Shown here piece by piece: positions 35,905 through 46,300 of a stretch of 64,000 nt of DNA. The notes beneath the pieces were generated by a model. That model was not told the origin of the DNA. It saw only the letters and a list, made by a program, of their open reading frames with translations, and did not search any database. The translations under genes were made by a program, and so were the position numbers. The DNA is from an uncultured delta proteobacterium (GTDB lineage Bacteria > Myxococcota_A > Polyangia > Polyangiales > Polyangiaceae), in NCBI GenBank assembly GCA_963716725.1, contig CAVQUB010000030.1, forward strand, positions 1 through 64,000, written 5' to 3'. Position 1 is the stretch's first letter. Every line of letters starts with the position of its first letter.

Positions 35905-37104
35905 TCAGATCGCGCGGAGCGCGTCGTCGATGTCCGCGAGCACGTCGGACGGCTCTTCGATCCCCACCGAAAGCCGGATCAGTGCCGGATCGATGCCGAC
36001 GCGGGCCAACTCTTCGTCGGAGAGTTCGAAGTAGCTCATCAGCGCAGGCTGCTCGATCAAGGTCTCGACGCCGCCCAGCGATGGCGCGATGGCGGCGAGG
36101 CGACAGGCGTCGACGACGCGGCCCGCCGCCGCGCGGCCGCCTTTGACGACGAAGCTCACGACGCCCCCACCGCCGCGCATCTGGCTTGCGGCGACGGAGT
36201 GCGACGGATGACTCGACAGCATCGGGTAGTAGACGCGCTCGATCGCCGGGTGGAACTCGAGCATCTTGGCGACGGCCAGCGCGCTGGCATTCTGCTTTTC
36301 GACGCGCACCGCCAGGGTCTTGAGCCCGCGGCCAATCAAGAACGCCGCGTGGGGGTCCAGGTTGGAGCCCAGTACGCCGCGTAGCTCGCGGATCAGCGAG
36401 ATCAGATGGGTCGGTCCTGCGACGAAGCCCCCCATTACGTCGTTGTGACCTGAGAGGTACTTGGTCGCGGAGTGCACAATCAGATCGATGCCATGATCGC
36501 GCGGCCTGAGGTTCACCGGCGTGGCGAAGGTCGAATCCACCAGCGTGCGTACGCGCCCCTTGCTCTTTGCGATGCGCGACAGTGCCGCGAGATCCGTGCA
36601 GTAAAGGTAGGGGTTCGTCGGCGACTCTCCGATGCAGAGTCGTGTCTCCGGCAAGATGGCTGCCTCCAGCTCATCGAGCGCGGCAGGTCCCACCAGCGTG
36701 TGTCGGACGCCGAAGCGCGCGAGCGTCTGGCTCACGAACTGGCGCGTGCGGCGGTAGCAGTCACGGAACAGCACGACGTGATCGCCGGACTTGGTCAGCG
36801 CCAATATCGACGTGGTCACGGCCGCCATGCCCGTGGCGAAGGCGACGGCGTCGTCGGTGCTCTCGAGCGCCGCGACACGCCGCTCGACCTCCCGCACCGT
36901 CGGGTTGCCGTAGCGGCCGTATTCCTCCCGGTCGGCGTCCCGGTCTTCGCCCCGCATGTAGCGCTCGAGATCCGCCGTGTCCTTGAAGGTGTACGTGGCC
37001 GTTTGGGCGATGCTCGGCGTCAGCGCATGGTGTGGGCGGTGGGCGAGGGCGCCCGCGTGCACCGCGTCCGTGCTGCTGGCGCCCTTGCGCTCGTGCTCGG
37101 ACAT
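35905..37104 (-). CDS. metB: Cystathionine gamma-synthase/lyase family PLP enzyme
   Basis: YGRYGNPT, ATGMAA, ESPTNP, DSTFATP, HSATKYLSGHND, SLGGVETL, RLSVGIE. Confidence 0.85.
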   Translation of the reverse strand: MSEHERKGASSTDAVHAGALAHRPHHALTPSIAQTATYTFKDTADLERYMRGEDRDADREEYGRYGNPTVREVERRVAALESTDDAVAFATGMAAVTTSILALTKSGDHVVLFRDCYRRTRQFVSQTLARFGVRHTLVGPAALDELEAAILPETRLCIGESPTNPYLYCTDLAALSRIAKSKGRVRTLVDSTFATPVNLRPRDHGIDLIVHSATKYLSGHNDVMGGFVAGPTHLISLIRELRGVLGSNLDPHAAFLIGRGLKTLAVRVEKQNASALAVAKMLEFHPAIERVYYPMLSSHPSHSVAASQMRGGGGVVSFVVKGGRAAAGRVVDACRLAAIAPSLGGVETLIEQPALMSYFELSDEELARVGIDPALIRLSVGIEEPSDVLADIDDALRAI

Positions 37105-37109
37105 GCTGG

Positions 37110-38828
37110 TCAGTGCCCGAGCAGCTGGCGAACGCGCGCGGAGATGGTCTCCGCCGCGTCGGCGAGCGGCACGATCTCGACCTGCTTCGGATCCGGCTCA
37201 CTGCGTGGTTTGAGTTCCACGCCGCCGCTCTTCAGCGCCCTGGCTCCGATGGTGACACGCAGCGGGATGCCGATCAGGTCGGCGTCCTTGAACTTGACCC
37301 CGGGGCGGTCCTCTCGGTCATCGACCAGCACTTCGATGCCCTTGGCTTCGAGCGCTTGCTCGAGCTCAGCCACGGCGGCCTCGACCTCCGGCTCGGCGCC
37401 GAGTTGAACGATGTGCACCTGGTAGGGCGCCAGGGCCATCGGCCAGGTGATGCCGTTTTGGTCGTGGTTCTGCTCCACGGCGGTTGCGACCAAGCGGGAC
37501 ACGCCGATGCCGTAGCAACCCATGACGATGGGCTGCTGCTCTCCTTTGTCGTCGAGGTAGGTCGCGCCCATCTTGCTCGAGTAGTGGGTGCCGAGCAGGA
37601 AGATGTGCCCCGCCTCGATGCCGCGGTAGATGCCCAGCGGAGAGCCGCACTCGGGGCAAAGGTCGCCCTCTTTCACGCTGCGGATGTCGCAGACCTGTCC
37701 GGTGAAGTCGCGGCCGGGCTGGACGTGGTTCAGGTGGTGGTCGGTCTGATTGGCACCGGTGATGCCATCGACCACGCTGGCGGCGCTGCCGTCCACGATC
37801 AGGCGGCCAGAGAAGCCCACCGGCCCTGCGAAACCCACGGCCGCGCCGGTCGCCTTCTGCACGTCCTCGGCGCTGGCCATGAACACCTCTCCCACGCCCA
37901 GGGCGCGGGCGAGCTTGATCTCGTTGACCTCGTGGTCGCCCCGCACGACGGCCATCACGACCTGCTTGTCGGCGACGTAGAGCAAGCTCTTGAGGAACTT
38001 GTGGGGGGCGGCGCCGAGGAAGGCGCTGACCTCTCCGATGCTGCGTTGGCTCGGCGTGTGCACCCGCTCGTGCGCCGGTGTCTGCTCGGGATCCGCGCTC
38101 CGGGGCGCGGGAGGCGAGCTCGCCACCTCGAGGTTGGCCGCGTATTGGCACTTGGTGCACGCAGCCAAGAAGTCCTCTCCGCTCTGGACGAGCACCTGAA
38201 ACTCGGCGCTGCCGGAGCCGCCGATGGCGCCCGAGTCCGCGCTCACCATGCGATAGCTGAGGCCCATGCGATCGAAGATCTGCGTATAGGCGACCCGCAT
38301 GGACTCGTAGCTGGCCCGTGCCCGAGTTTCGTCTGCATCGAACGAGTAGGCGTCCTTCATGCTGAACTCGCGGCAGCGCAAGAGTCCGCCTCGCGGTCGG
38401 GGCTCGTCGCGGAACTTGGTCTGGATCTGGTAGAGGTTCTTCGGCATGTCCCGGTAGCTCTTGATCTCATGCCGGGCGAGATCGGTGATGATCTCCTCGT
38501 GGGTGGGGCCCAGGTGGTAGTCCGTGCCTTTGCGGTCCTTGATTCGGAACAGGACCTCGCCGTACAGGTCCCAACGGCCCGTCTCACGGAAGTACTCGGC
38601 GGGCAGCAGAGCCGGCAAGAGCACCTCTTGGGCGCCTGCTCGGTTCATCTCGTCACGCACGATCTTCTCGACGCGCCGGAGCACCCTCACGCCCAGCGGC
38701 AAGTAGCTGTACACGCCGGCACCGACGCGGCGGATGTATCCTGCGCGAAGCAGGAGCACGTGGCTCGCGCTGGTGGCGTCGGAGGGGGCTTCCTTGAGGG
38801 TCGGCAAGAGCAGGTTGCGGTACCGCAT
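37110..38828 (-). CDS. proS: Proline--tRNA ligase (bacterial type with editing domain)
   Basis: LGPTHEE, QIQTKFRDEPRPRGGLLR.REF.MKDAYSF, GIEAGHIF.LG, MGCYGIGVSR, GVKFKDADLIG. Confidence 0.98.
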   Translation of the reverse strand: MRYRNLLLPTLKEAPSDATSASHVLLLRAGYIRRVGAGVYSYLPLGVRVLRRVEKIVRDEMNRAGAQEVLLPALLPAEYFRETGRWDLYGEVLFRIKDRKGTDYHLGPTHEEIITDLARHEIKSYRDMPKNLYQIQTKFRDEPRPRGGLLRCREFSMKDAYSFDADETRARASYESMRVAYTQIFDRMGLSYRMVSADSGAIGGSGSAEFQVLVQSGEDFLAACTKCQYAANLEVASSPPAPRSADPEQTPAHERVHTPSQRSIGEVSAFLGAAPHKFLKSLLYVADKQVVMAVVRGDHEVNEIKLARALGVGEVFMASAEDVQKATGAAVGFAGPVGFSGRLIVDGSAASVVDGITGANQTDHHLNHVQPGRDFTGQVCDIRSVKEGDLCPECGSPLGIYRGIEAGHIFLLGTHYSSKMGATYLDDKGEQQPIVMGCYGIGVSRLVATAVEQNHDQNGITWPMALAPYQVHIVQLGAEPEVEAAVAELEQALEAKGIEVLVDDREDRPGVKFKDADLIGIPLRVTIGARALKSGGVELKPRSEPDPKQVEIVPLADAAETISARVRQLLGH

Positions 38829-38868
38829 GGCGGTCCGGCTCCTACCACGAACGTCCCCCAGCGCCCTG

Positions 38869-38917
38869 TTCTTGACCAGTTTAGTGGCCTTTGTTTTAGA
38901 CCAAGACAGCATGTTTT
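38869..38917. promoter_or_regulatory. AT-rich divergent promoter with two tandem Rrf2 (IscR/CymR-like) candidate boxes
   Basis: TTCTTGACCAGTTTAGTGGCCTTT followed by TTTTAGACCAAGACAGCATGTTTT between proS and the sulfite reductase gene. Confidence 0.4.
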
Positions 38918-38986
38918 GTGCTGGACCGGGTCGTCGTCGCAATTGCCGAGTTGTCGGACCGGGAATTGCGGATAATACAGCCGCAG

Positions 38987-41257
38987 ATGCCGACGCTGGC
39001 CCCGACCACCTGGAAAGCGCTGCTCGCTGCTCGAACCCGCGAAGACTGGAGCCGCGAGATCGACGTGTTCGAGAGGCAGATCGAGCTGAGACAACTCGGC
39101 AAGATCGAGGAAAAGCTGTTCGCTGAGACCCGGCTGCGGCGCGGAGCCTACGGGCAGCGCTACGACAACGGTCAGCGTCACGACGGGCAGAAGTCTCAGG
39201 CGCTCGCCTTCCCCGCACGTCCGACCAAGGGCCCGGGAACGTTCTGGGACGCGCCGGGCATGATGCGTCTGAAGGTCCCCTACGGGAAGCTCGCGGCCGA
39301 GCAGCTCGAAGCGATGGCCGAGCTCGCCGAGGAGTACTCGGATTCGATCTTGCACGTCACGACCCGACAAGACGTTCAGCTGCACTTCGTTCACATCGAA
39401 GACACACCTGACCTGATGCGCCGACTCGCGGCCGTCGGCATCACCAGCCGCGAAGCCTGTGGCAACTCGGTCCGCAACGTCACGCAGTGCACCAGCGCTG
39501 GTGCTTGTGCGGGAGAAGCCTTCGATACGACGCCCTACGCTCGAGCGCTGACCTTTTTCTTGCTCGGGCACGACGACGTCCAAGACATGGGTCGCAAGTT
39601 CAAGGTTGCGTTTTCGGGCTGCCGGCAGAGCGCCTGCGGGCTAACGAGCTTCCACGACATCGGCGCAATCGCCGCTACGCGCGACGTGGAAGGCAAGACC
39701 GAACGCGGATTTCAGCTCGTCGTCGGCGGCGGCCTCGGCGCGGTGCCCCAGGCCGCGCAGCCCCTCGAAGCGTTCACGCACGAGTCGGAGCTCCTACCGA
39801 TGTCGCAGGCGATCTGCCGCGTCTTCGCCCGCCTCGGTGAGCGCGAGAACCGGCAGCGGGCGCGCCTCAAGTTCCTGGTCAAGCGGCTGGGCATCGAGGA
39901 GTTCCGCCGGCTCGTGCGCGAGGAGCGGGCCGCGCTCCGTCCCGACCCGCGCTGGACCGCGTTCCTGGACGATCTCCACGCGACGGACGAGCAACCGCTC
40001 CGGCCACCGCGCCCTTTGTCCAACCAGGCCGCGGCCGCGGCCGGCGAAGGCTTCGCCCGCTGGCGCACGGACAACGTCCGCGCCCAGAAGCAGCCGGGGT
40101 ACTCGCTGGCCACCATCACTCTCCCGCTCGGAGATCTGACGAGTCACCAGGCGCGCGCGGTGGCGGTCATCGCCCGGCGGTTCACCGGAGACACGATGCG
40201 AACCACCGTGGACCAGAACCTGCTCCTGCGCTGGGTGAGCGACGCCGATCTGCCGGAGGTCCACGCCGCGCTCGCGAGCGTCGGGCTCGACGAAGCGGGC
40301 GCCGGGACCATCGCGGACGTCACGGCGTGCCCGGGCACGGACACCTGCAAGCTGGGCATTTCGGCGTCACGCGGCCTGGCTGGCGAACTCCGCCGTCGCC
40401 TGCGGGTCGTGCAAGCGGCGGCGGCGCGGGAGCTGCACGTCAAATGCAGCGGTTGCTACAATTCGTGCGCGCAGCATCACGTAGCGGACATCGGATTTCT
40501 CGGAGTGAGCCGAGTCGTGGCAGGTCGCCGGGTGCCGCACTTCCAGCTGGTGGTCGGTGGCCAGTGGAGCGAAAACGCCGGCGCGTTCGGTCTTGCGATC
40601 GGCGCGGTTCCGTCCAAGAACGTGCCGATGCTCATCGACGCGCTGGTGGCGCGCTTCGTGGCTGAGCGCGCCGAGGGGGAAGGCTTTCGCGCCTGGGTCC
40701 AGCGGGTGGGCAAGAAGTCGATTCGCGCCATGGTGGACGCTCACGCTCACGTGCCTCCCCGCGACGTCGACCCGTCGTACTACTCGGACTGGGGCGACCC
40801 CCGGGAGTACACCATCGGCGACATCGGAGAAGGCGAGTGTGCAGGGGCCGTGGTGAGCTATCTCGAGATGGGCCTCGCTGCCAGCGAGCGCGAGGTGTTC
40901 GAGGCGCAGCTCATGCTCGACGACGGGGACGCGGCTGCTGCGGCCGCTCGAGCGCTCAGCGCCATGCTTCAGGCCGCCCGCGCCCTCGCTCACGAGAAGA
41001 ACAGCAACGTCTCCGACGATCCGTCGGAGGTCGTGGCGGAGTTCCGGACGCACTTCTACGATACCAAGCTGTTTTTCGATCCCTTCGTGGGTGGCAAGTT
41101 CGCGCACTATCTGTTCAACGCTCAGGCCGAGCGAGCCAAGAGCGCAACGCTGGAGTCTGCGCGTCAGCTGCTCGAAGAGGCGCAGCTCTTCCTGGATGCC
41201 GCGCACGCCTGCCACGCGCGGCTGGTGGCTGTGCAATCACCCACGGCGGCGGAGTGA
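38987..41257 (+). CDS. Nitrite/sulfite reductase hemoprotein (siroheme, 4Fe-4S) with extra C-terminal helical domain
   Basis: RLRRGAYGQR, MMRLKVPYG, HVTTRQDVQLH, CGNSVRNV, RKFKVAFSGC, ACPGTDTCKLG, SGCYNSCAQH. Confidence 0.92.
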   Translation: MPTLAPTTWKALLAARTREDWSREIDVFERQIELRQLGKIEEKLFAETRLRRGAYGQRYDNGQRHDGQKSQALAFPARPTKGPGTFWDAPGMMRLKVPYGKLAAEQLEAMAELAEEYSDSILHVTTRQDVQLHFVHIEDTPDLMRRLAAVGITSREACGNSVRNVTQCTSAGACAGEAFDTTPYARALTFFLLGHDDVQDMGRKFKVAFSGCRQSACGLTSFHDIGAIAATRDVEGKTERGFQLVVGGGLGAVPQAAQPLEAFTHESELLPMSQAICRVFARLGERENRQRARLKFLVKRLGIEEFRRLVREERAALRPDPRWTAFLDDLHATDEQPLRPPRPLSNQAAAAAGEGFARWRTDNVRAQKQPGYSLATITLPLGDLTSHQARAVAVIARRFTGDTMRTTVDQNLLLRWVSDADLPEVHAALASVGLDEAGAGTIADVTACPGTDTCKLGISASRGLAGELRRRLRVVQAAAARELHVKCSGCYNSCAQHHVADIGFLGVSRVVAGRRVPHFQLVVGGQWSENAGAFGLAIGAVPSKNVPMLIDALVARFVAERAEGEGFRAWVQRVGKKSIRAMVDAHAHVPPRDVDPSYYSDWGDPREYTIGDIGEGECAGAVVSYLEMGLAASEREVFEAQLMLDDGDAAAAAARALSAMLQAARALAHEKNSNVSDDPSEVVAEFRTHFYDTKLFFDPFVGGKFAHYLFNAQAERAKSATLESARQLLEEAQLFLDAAHACHARLVAVQSPTAAE

Positions 41258-41261
41258 GCGG

Positions 41262-41831
41262 ATGAAGGCCCGACGCGTCGAACTTTCGCTGCCCATCGAG
41301 GCCGGCACGTTGCCGGATCCCGAGGACGCGGTGCCGGTCTTTCACGCGTGGATCGGCGACGAGACGCTGGGGGAGGTTTTGGTGGACGTTGCGCGCTACG
41401 GACACGTGGCCAACGCGCCGGCGGTGATCTTGGTTGGGCTCCTGAGCGATTACGCCATTGAGGTGACACCAGTGGGCCAGCGCTTCGCGGCCGTCAGGAA
41501 GCGCGATGCGGCCACGGAGGAGGACCGCCTCGGGGACGTGGCTGAGAGACTGCTGAGCGCGGCGAGGCTCTTCGGGCTTGCGCTGCCGCAGGTCCGGTTT
41601 CGCACCGACGAGCTGACGCTTCGAGTGCTCGATCGACTCAATGCACCGAATACGCCTGAGACCTTCACACGCATCGCGGAGGAGGTCGGGGTGTTCGCGA
41701 GGGCCTGGCTCGGAGAAGTGAGACTCGAGCACGCAGCGGATCTCGCCGCGCCGCTCGCGATCCGCATCCATCGCTCGTTGAACGAGCCCTTGGACGCCCT
41801 CGCGTCCCGCTTGCCCGGGCGCACGGGCTGA
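41262..41831 (+). CDS. Hypothetical protein downstream of sulfite reductase
   Basis: Starts 4 bp after the reductase stop; PVFHAWI...DVARYGHV...DRLNAPNT. Confidence 0.7.
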   Translation: MKARRVELSLPIEAGTLPDPEDAVPVFHAWIGDETLGEVLVDVARYGHVANAPAVILVGLLSDYAIEVTPVGQRFAAVRKRDAATEEDRLGDVAERLLSAARLFGLALPQVRFRTDELTLRVLDRLNAPNTPETFTRIAEEVGVFARAWLGEVRLEHAADLAAPLAIRIHRSLNEPLDALASRLPGRTG

Positions 41832-41840
41832 ACGACGCAC

Positions 41841-41871
41841 AAAAAGTGACGGGTCCCTTTCGGGACCCGTC
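41841..41871 (-). terminator. Rho-independent terminator between convergent genes
   Basis: Perfect hairpin GACGGGTCCC-TTTC-GGGACCCGTC (41848-41871) with A5 at 41841-41845, giving a U-tract on the minus strand. Confidence 0.8.
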
Positions 41872-41899
41872 GTGTCGGGGTTGGGGGGTCCGGGATGAA

Positions 41900-42754
41900 T
41901 CATTCACCAGGTGGCTTGGCGAACTGGCTCGGGAAGGGATCCGCGCCGTGGCGCTTGTCCACTTCTTGTTGGTTCCAGGGGAAGCTCGCGCCGCGCTCTT
42001 CGAACAGTGCGACGCCGATCACGCCCACGTTGCGATCTTCGCCCTTCTTGCCCGCGTACGACTCGCTCACGCGGCCGAACCGGAATGCAGCCACGGTGTC
42101 CGTGCTGCGGCGCCAGCCGTCGATATCGACGGTGGAAAATCCGTTGACGATATAGCCGCGGTTCGAGAACGAGCCCGAGCGGCCGCTGATCACGTCGAGC
42201 CCGTCGACCGTCGTCACGGCTTCGAAGCGGACGCCGGTGTTGTTCTTGATCTGGATGATGTATCGCCCGCCGTGGTCGCCCACGACGTAGGTATTTCCGC
42301 TGGACGTGAAGCCTTCGAGCGGGCGACCGCCGCCGTCCAGGAGTCGCACGGTCAGGGCGCCACGAGTCGAGCGACCCGAGCTGTCACGGAAGTCGCTGAC
42401 GCCGGCCCGACGAGCCATGGCGCGAACGCCTTCGGAGTCGTTGTAGAACATCTTCACGACGTCGAAGGGTTGCTCGGGCCGTTCACGGAAGAAGGTTCCG
42501 GTCGACACGCGGCTCTCGCGGTTCTCACCCCACTCCGTGCCGAGGCCGGGGCGCTCGCTCTTGGCGCTGTCGGCCGCCATCGGCTCGGCCTCGGAGGCCG
42601 GTGCGCCCGGTTGTGCCGCCCGGGACTCGCCATATCCCGCCGATGCGGACTCGGGCGCGCTGGCCGGGGCGTATCCGCCCCGCGAGCCGCCACCCGCGCA
42701 ACCGACTGCCATCAGCCCAACCGCAAATACGCCCAGAATCGTTGACTTTCGCAT
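41900..42754 (-). CDS. Conserved hypothetical lipoprotein
   Basis: AVGC lipobox; RPGLGTEWGE, VDGLDVI.G, IDGWR.S...VAAFRF, NVGVIGVALFEE. Confidence 0.75.
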   Translation of the reverse strand: MRKSTILGVFAVGLMAVGCAGGGSRGGYAPASAPESASAGYGESRAAQPGAPASEAEPMAADSAKSERPGLGTEWGENRESRVSTGTFFRERPEQPFDVVKMFYNDSEGVRAMARRAGVSDFRDSSGRSTRGALTVRLLDGGGRPLEGFTSSGNTYVVGDHGGRYIIQIKNNTGVRFEAVTTVDGLDVISGRSGSFSNRGYIVNGFSTVDIDGWRRSTDTVAAFRFGRVSESYAGKKGEDRNVGVIGVALFEERGASFPWNQQEVDKRHGADPFPSQFAKPPGE

Positions 42755-42862
42755 GACTTGCTCCCGCTTTCGCAACCGACGCTCGAAGAACGCGACGCCC
42801 CCAGATGGGCTTACACCTCTCGGCCGCACCGCGAAAGAGTCGCTGAGGGACACTCAGGGGAC

Positions 42863-43297
42863 ATGCGGCAGAGCGCCATCGTGGCCATCGGCGGCTTCGT
42901 CCCAGTGGGGTGCCTGAACATTGCGGAGGTCGACTCCGCGCAGGACCCCGACGGAGGTGGGAGCGGCGGGACGGGGGTGGCCGACGCGTCCTGGGACACC
43001 AGCGCGACCGGTGGCATTGGCGGCGGAGCCGCCGGGAGCGGGGGATTCGTGGCGGCTGCCTGCACCAGCTGCGGCGCCGGCGGCTGCGAGTGTGTTCCAG
43101 AGGTGGGTCACGGTCGTCCCACGTTCGGATCGCCGAGGGCAAGCTCTCCAAGTGCTCCGGCTGCAAGGCTCGTTGGGGTAAGGCGCCCGGTCGCGTTGGA
43201 CCGCAAGACGCGCATCGCCATGTGTGTGCGGAGCACACATCGTGAGACTCATCTGCCAGAACTTCGAGTTGCGCGAGCACCTCGCGACTTGATGTGA
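42863..43297 (+). pseudogene. Probable truncated lipoprotein remnant at the left edge of the island
   Basis: Degenerate signal (..VPVGC), Gly-rich linker and CTSC..CECVP, then sequence loses protein-like character after ~43105. Confidence 0.35.
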
Positions 43298-43343
43298 CCG
43301 CGACGGACGTGATGCTATCGGGTTTCACGCGGGGAGGTAACAC

Positions 43344-46300
43344 ATGCGACTGAATCGAGTGGCCGCCTTGGCACTTATCGTGCAGGGGGGGGCCTTGGCG
43401 TGTTCTGGCGAGACTTCAACTGAAGCGCTGAGTACGAATCGTTCGGAGGTGTTTCAAGCGGCAGGCGGCGCGAACAACGGCAACTTCGGCGGACCTTGGG
43501 TGTTCAACACCATGGCTGCGACGAATCTACCGGCGGCACCCGTGGGGATGCTCGGCGGCTTGAAAACGTGTTCCGCCACCGCGATCGAACGCGACGTGAT
43601 TCTCACCGCGGCGCATTGTTTCTGTCCCTTTGACAACAATGCTTTGGACGCGACGAAGTACACATTCCAGTTGCCCACCATGGCAGCGCCGGTGGCCGGC
43701 GTAGGAACCGCTGGCTACAAGATCTTTGACAAGGACAACTGCGACGGAGGCGCGAGCCTAGCCACAGACGGAAACGCCGACTTGGCGATCATGAAGCTCT
43801 CGCGCAACCTGACGTTCGCGGAGCTGCCTCAGGTGATGCCTGTCTACACCTTCAGCGATCTTGAAGACCGCTTGTTTAACGCGAAGACCTTGTCGCAGCA
43901 CGGCCCGCTCCAGATGACGGGCTGGGGAGTCCCGAACAGCGTAGCGAGCAGCATCCGGGCGACCGGCTTCATGAGTGCAAGCAACGAAGTAACCTTCACA
44001 GATTTTTGCAACATCTTCGGCAATAACTGCGACCCCAGATACATTCACGCGAAGAACATCGTTTCCTCTGGCGTGAATACGATAAGCGGCGATTCAGGCG
44101 GCCCGCTCACGATCAGACTGGCCGGCGAGCCCAACGAGGCGGTGATTGCTACCTACAAGGGAAGGTACACTGGCTTCACGGGCGCGATCATTCCCGACGA
44201 ATGGCAGCTTTATTCGCCGACCTGGGACAACGGCGGCGGCAATGGCGCGTTTATTCGGCTGCACCTGAATGATGCGGACGGGGACGGTTTCGCGGAGAAC
44301 CAGGACAACTGCCCCGCAACGCAATGCGAGGTGCTGTCGCAGTGCAACAACCCCACCCAGCTGGACACAGATGGTGACGGTTTCGGTGACGCCTGTGACA
44401 ACTGCCCGCTCATTCAGAATGCTGCGCAGGGAGATTTCGACAAAGACGGTGTGGGCGACGCCTGCGATCCGTGTCCGGAAATTGGAGGCGTCGGCTCCGG
44501 CGGAGACGACGATGGCGACGGCGCGCCGAACAGCTGCGATAATTGTCGCAAGGTGGCCAATCCGCCGCTGCCGTGCGGCGCCAGCGGCAACTGTGAGGGC
44601 AATCCGAAGTCCCAATGCCTGGTGGATCTGAACCGCTGCAGTGGCCAGCCGGACGGCGATGGAGACGGCATCGGCAGCGCCTGCGACATCTGCGCGGGCC
44701 TCAAGCAACTTGGGCTTCAGGCCAACTCAAACTCCGTAGCGGAGATGAGAGAGCTTCAGGCCGAACTTGGTGACTTTTGCGAACCCGTGCCCCAGTTCAT
44801 TGCGAGGCAGGTGCGGAAGACTCTGCAGTCGCCTCCCGACCCGCCCGACCCGAATGCGCAGGAAGGTGTGGGCAACACGATTACGCTGGACGCCACCGCC
44901 ACTTTCGGCCGTGTGTCCAGTCCTGGCGTGCCGGCCGGCGTGGCGGCTGCGCCGAGAAGCGGAAAGGTGGGTTTCCGCTTCTGCGATTGTTTCGATGTCG
45001 GAAGCGGCACTTTCCGCGACAAACAATCTTGTCTTGACTCGGGCCTTTGCACGCCCGATCCGTTTCAGTTCGATCTGCCGGCATCGCTATGGAAACCGAT
45101 CACGGTTGCTAGCACCTACCCAGGATGGAATAAGTTCGGTCCGGTTCCGTCCACTCCGGCGGCCCGCGGCGCGGTGTTCGGGCGGAGCAATGCGTTCACG
45201 GGCGACCTGGTCGTGAACAACGAGGTCAGCTACGCCAATCCGGACGAGGCCGAATCAGGTCGCATCGGGCGCAGGGAGATGCTCGCCTGGAGATTCGCCA
45301 AGGACCTAGTCTCGTCGGGCCTGGGTGGCGCGGTGCAGGGACATGTCCTCGCTGGCGTTCAATTCGAGCAGGTCGCGGGGATCTTCTGGAGCCGAGTGTC
45401 GTCGGCGAACTACGAATCGAGCCGGGACGCAACCACCTTTGGCAGATTGCGGCACACTCACACCTACGCGCGCAGCAACGCTTGGACGTTGGCCTTTCCA
45501 GCCGCGGTCGAGCCGCCGGAGTGCGCCCCACCGTGCGGGCTGTTTTTCGATCCGGGTATCGCCGGCTGGCTCGTGCAGCCCAGCATCGACTTCACAACCC
45601 GGCGCGGCTTGGCTGAGCTCTTGCCGCAGCCCGGGTGGTTACTCCCGGGTGCTGCTGGTAGCGTGGTGGCCATCGGTGGCGGCCTCGGCGCGGGCTTGGA
45701 TGTCTCGGGGCTGCTAACACCCACCCTGCGCCAGCTCTTGGCGGCCGGCACGACCCGCTGGGTGGCGCCGGTAGAGACGGGCGCCAGTCTGCGCCAACTG
45801 GGCATCACGACTCAGGCGGTGCTGCTGCCCGCAAACTGGACGCAGGACAGCGTGATTGCCGAAGTTGTCTCCACGCCGGACGGCGCACTGTCCCTGCCAT
45901 CCGCGCCGCCCAGTGTACAGTGCGGCGCCGGGCGGGTGCTGGCGCAATGCTCCGGCGGCTTGCGCTGCGTGATTCCCTGCGACGGCGTCGTTGGGAATTC
46001 GCCAGGCAACGACGATTTGCCTGATCCCGGTTGTGTACTGGTGGCGGGCACCGACTACAACGATGAATCGCCCTTTGTCTGCGAAAGCAATTCCGGGTTT
46101 TGCATGCCAGGTGAAGTGGCGTGTGCCAGCGCCTGTTTCACACCGTGCGACGGCTCCGTGGGCTGCACCCTCAACGGTCGTTTTGGCGACGAAAATCCCT
46201 CGCTGTGCGGAGCGGAGGCGCCCGGCATGGCCGGAGTGCTGCTACAAGCGGCCTTCAGCGAGCCAGTGTTACAACAAGAAGCGACCTCTGAGTTTGTGCC

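Noticed and set aside
37032..38975. Long antisense ORFs (for example 37032-38975, 18187-20151, 28280-30004, 49454-51292 extension)
   Set aside because: Shadow frames of real genes, expected in high-GC DNA; no motifs and Arg/Ala/Pro-biased composition
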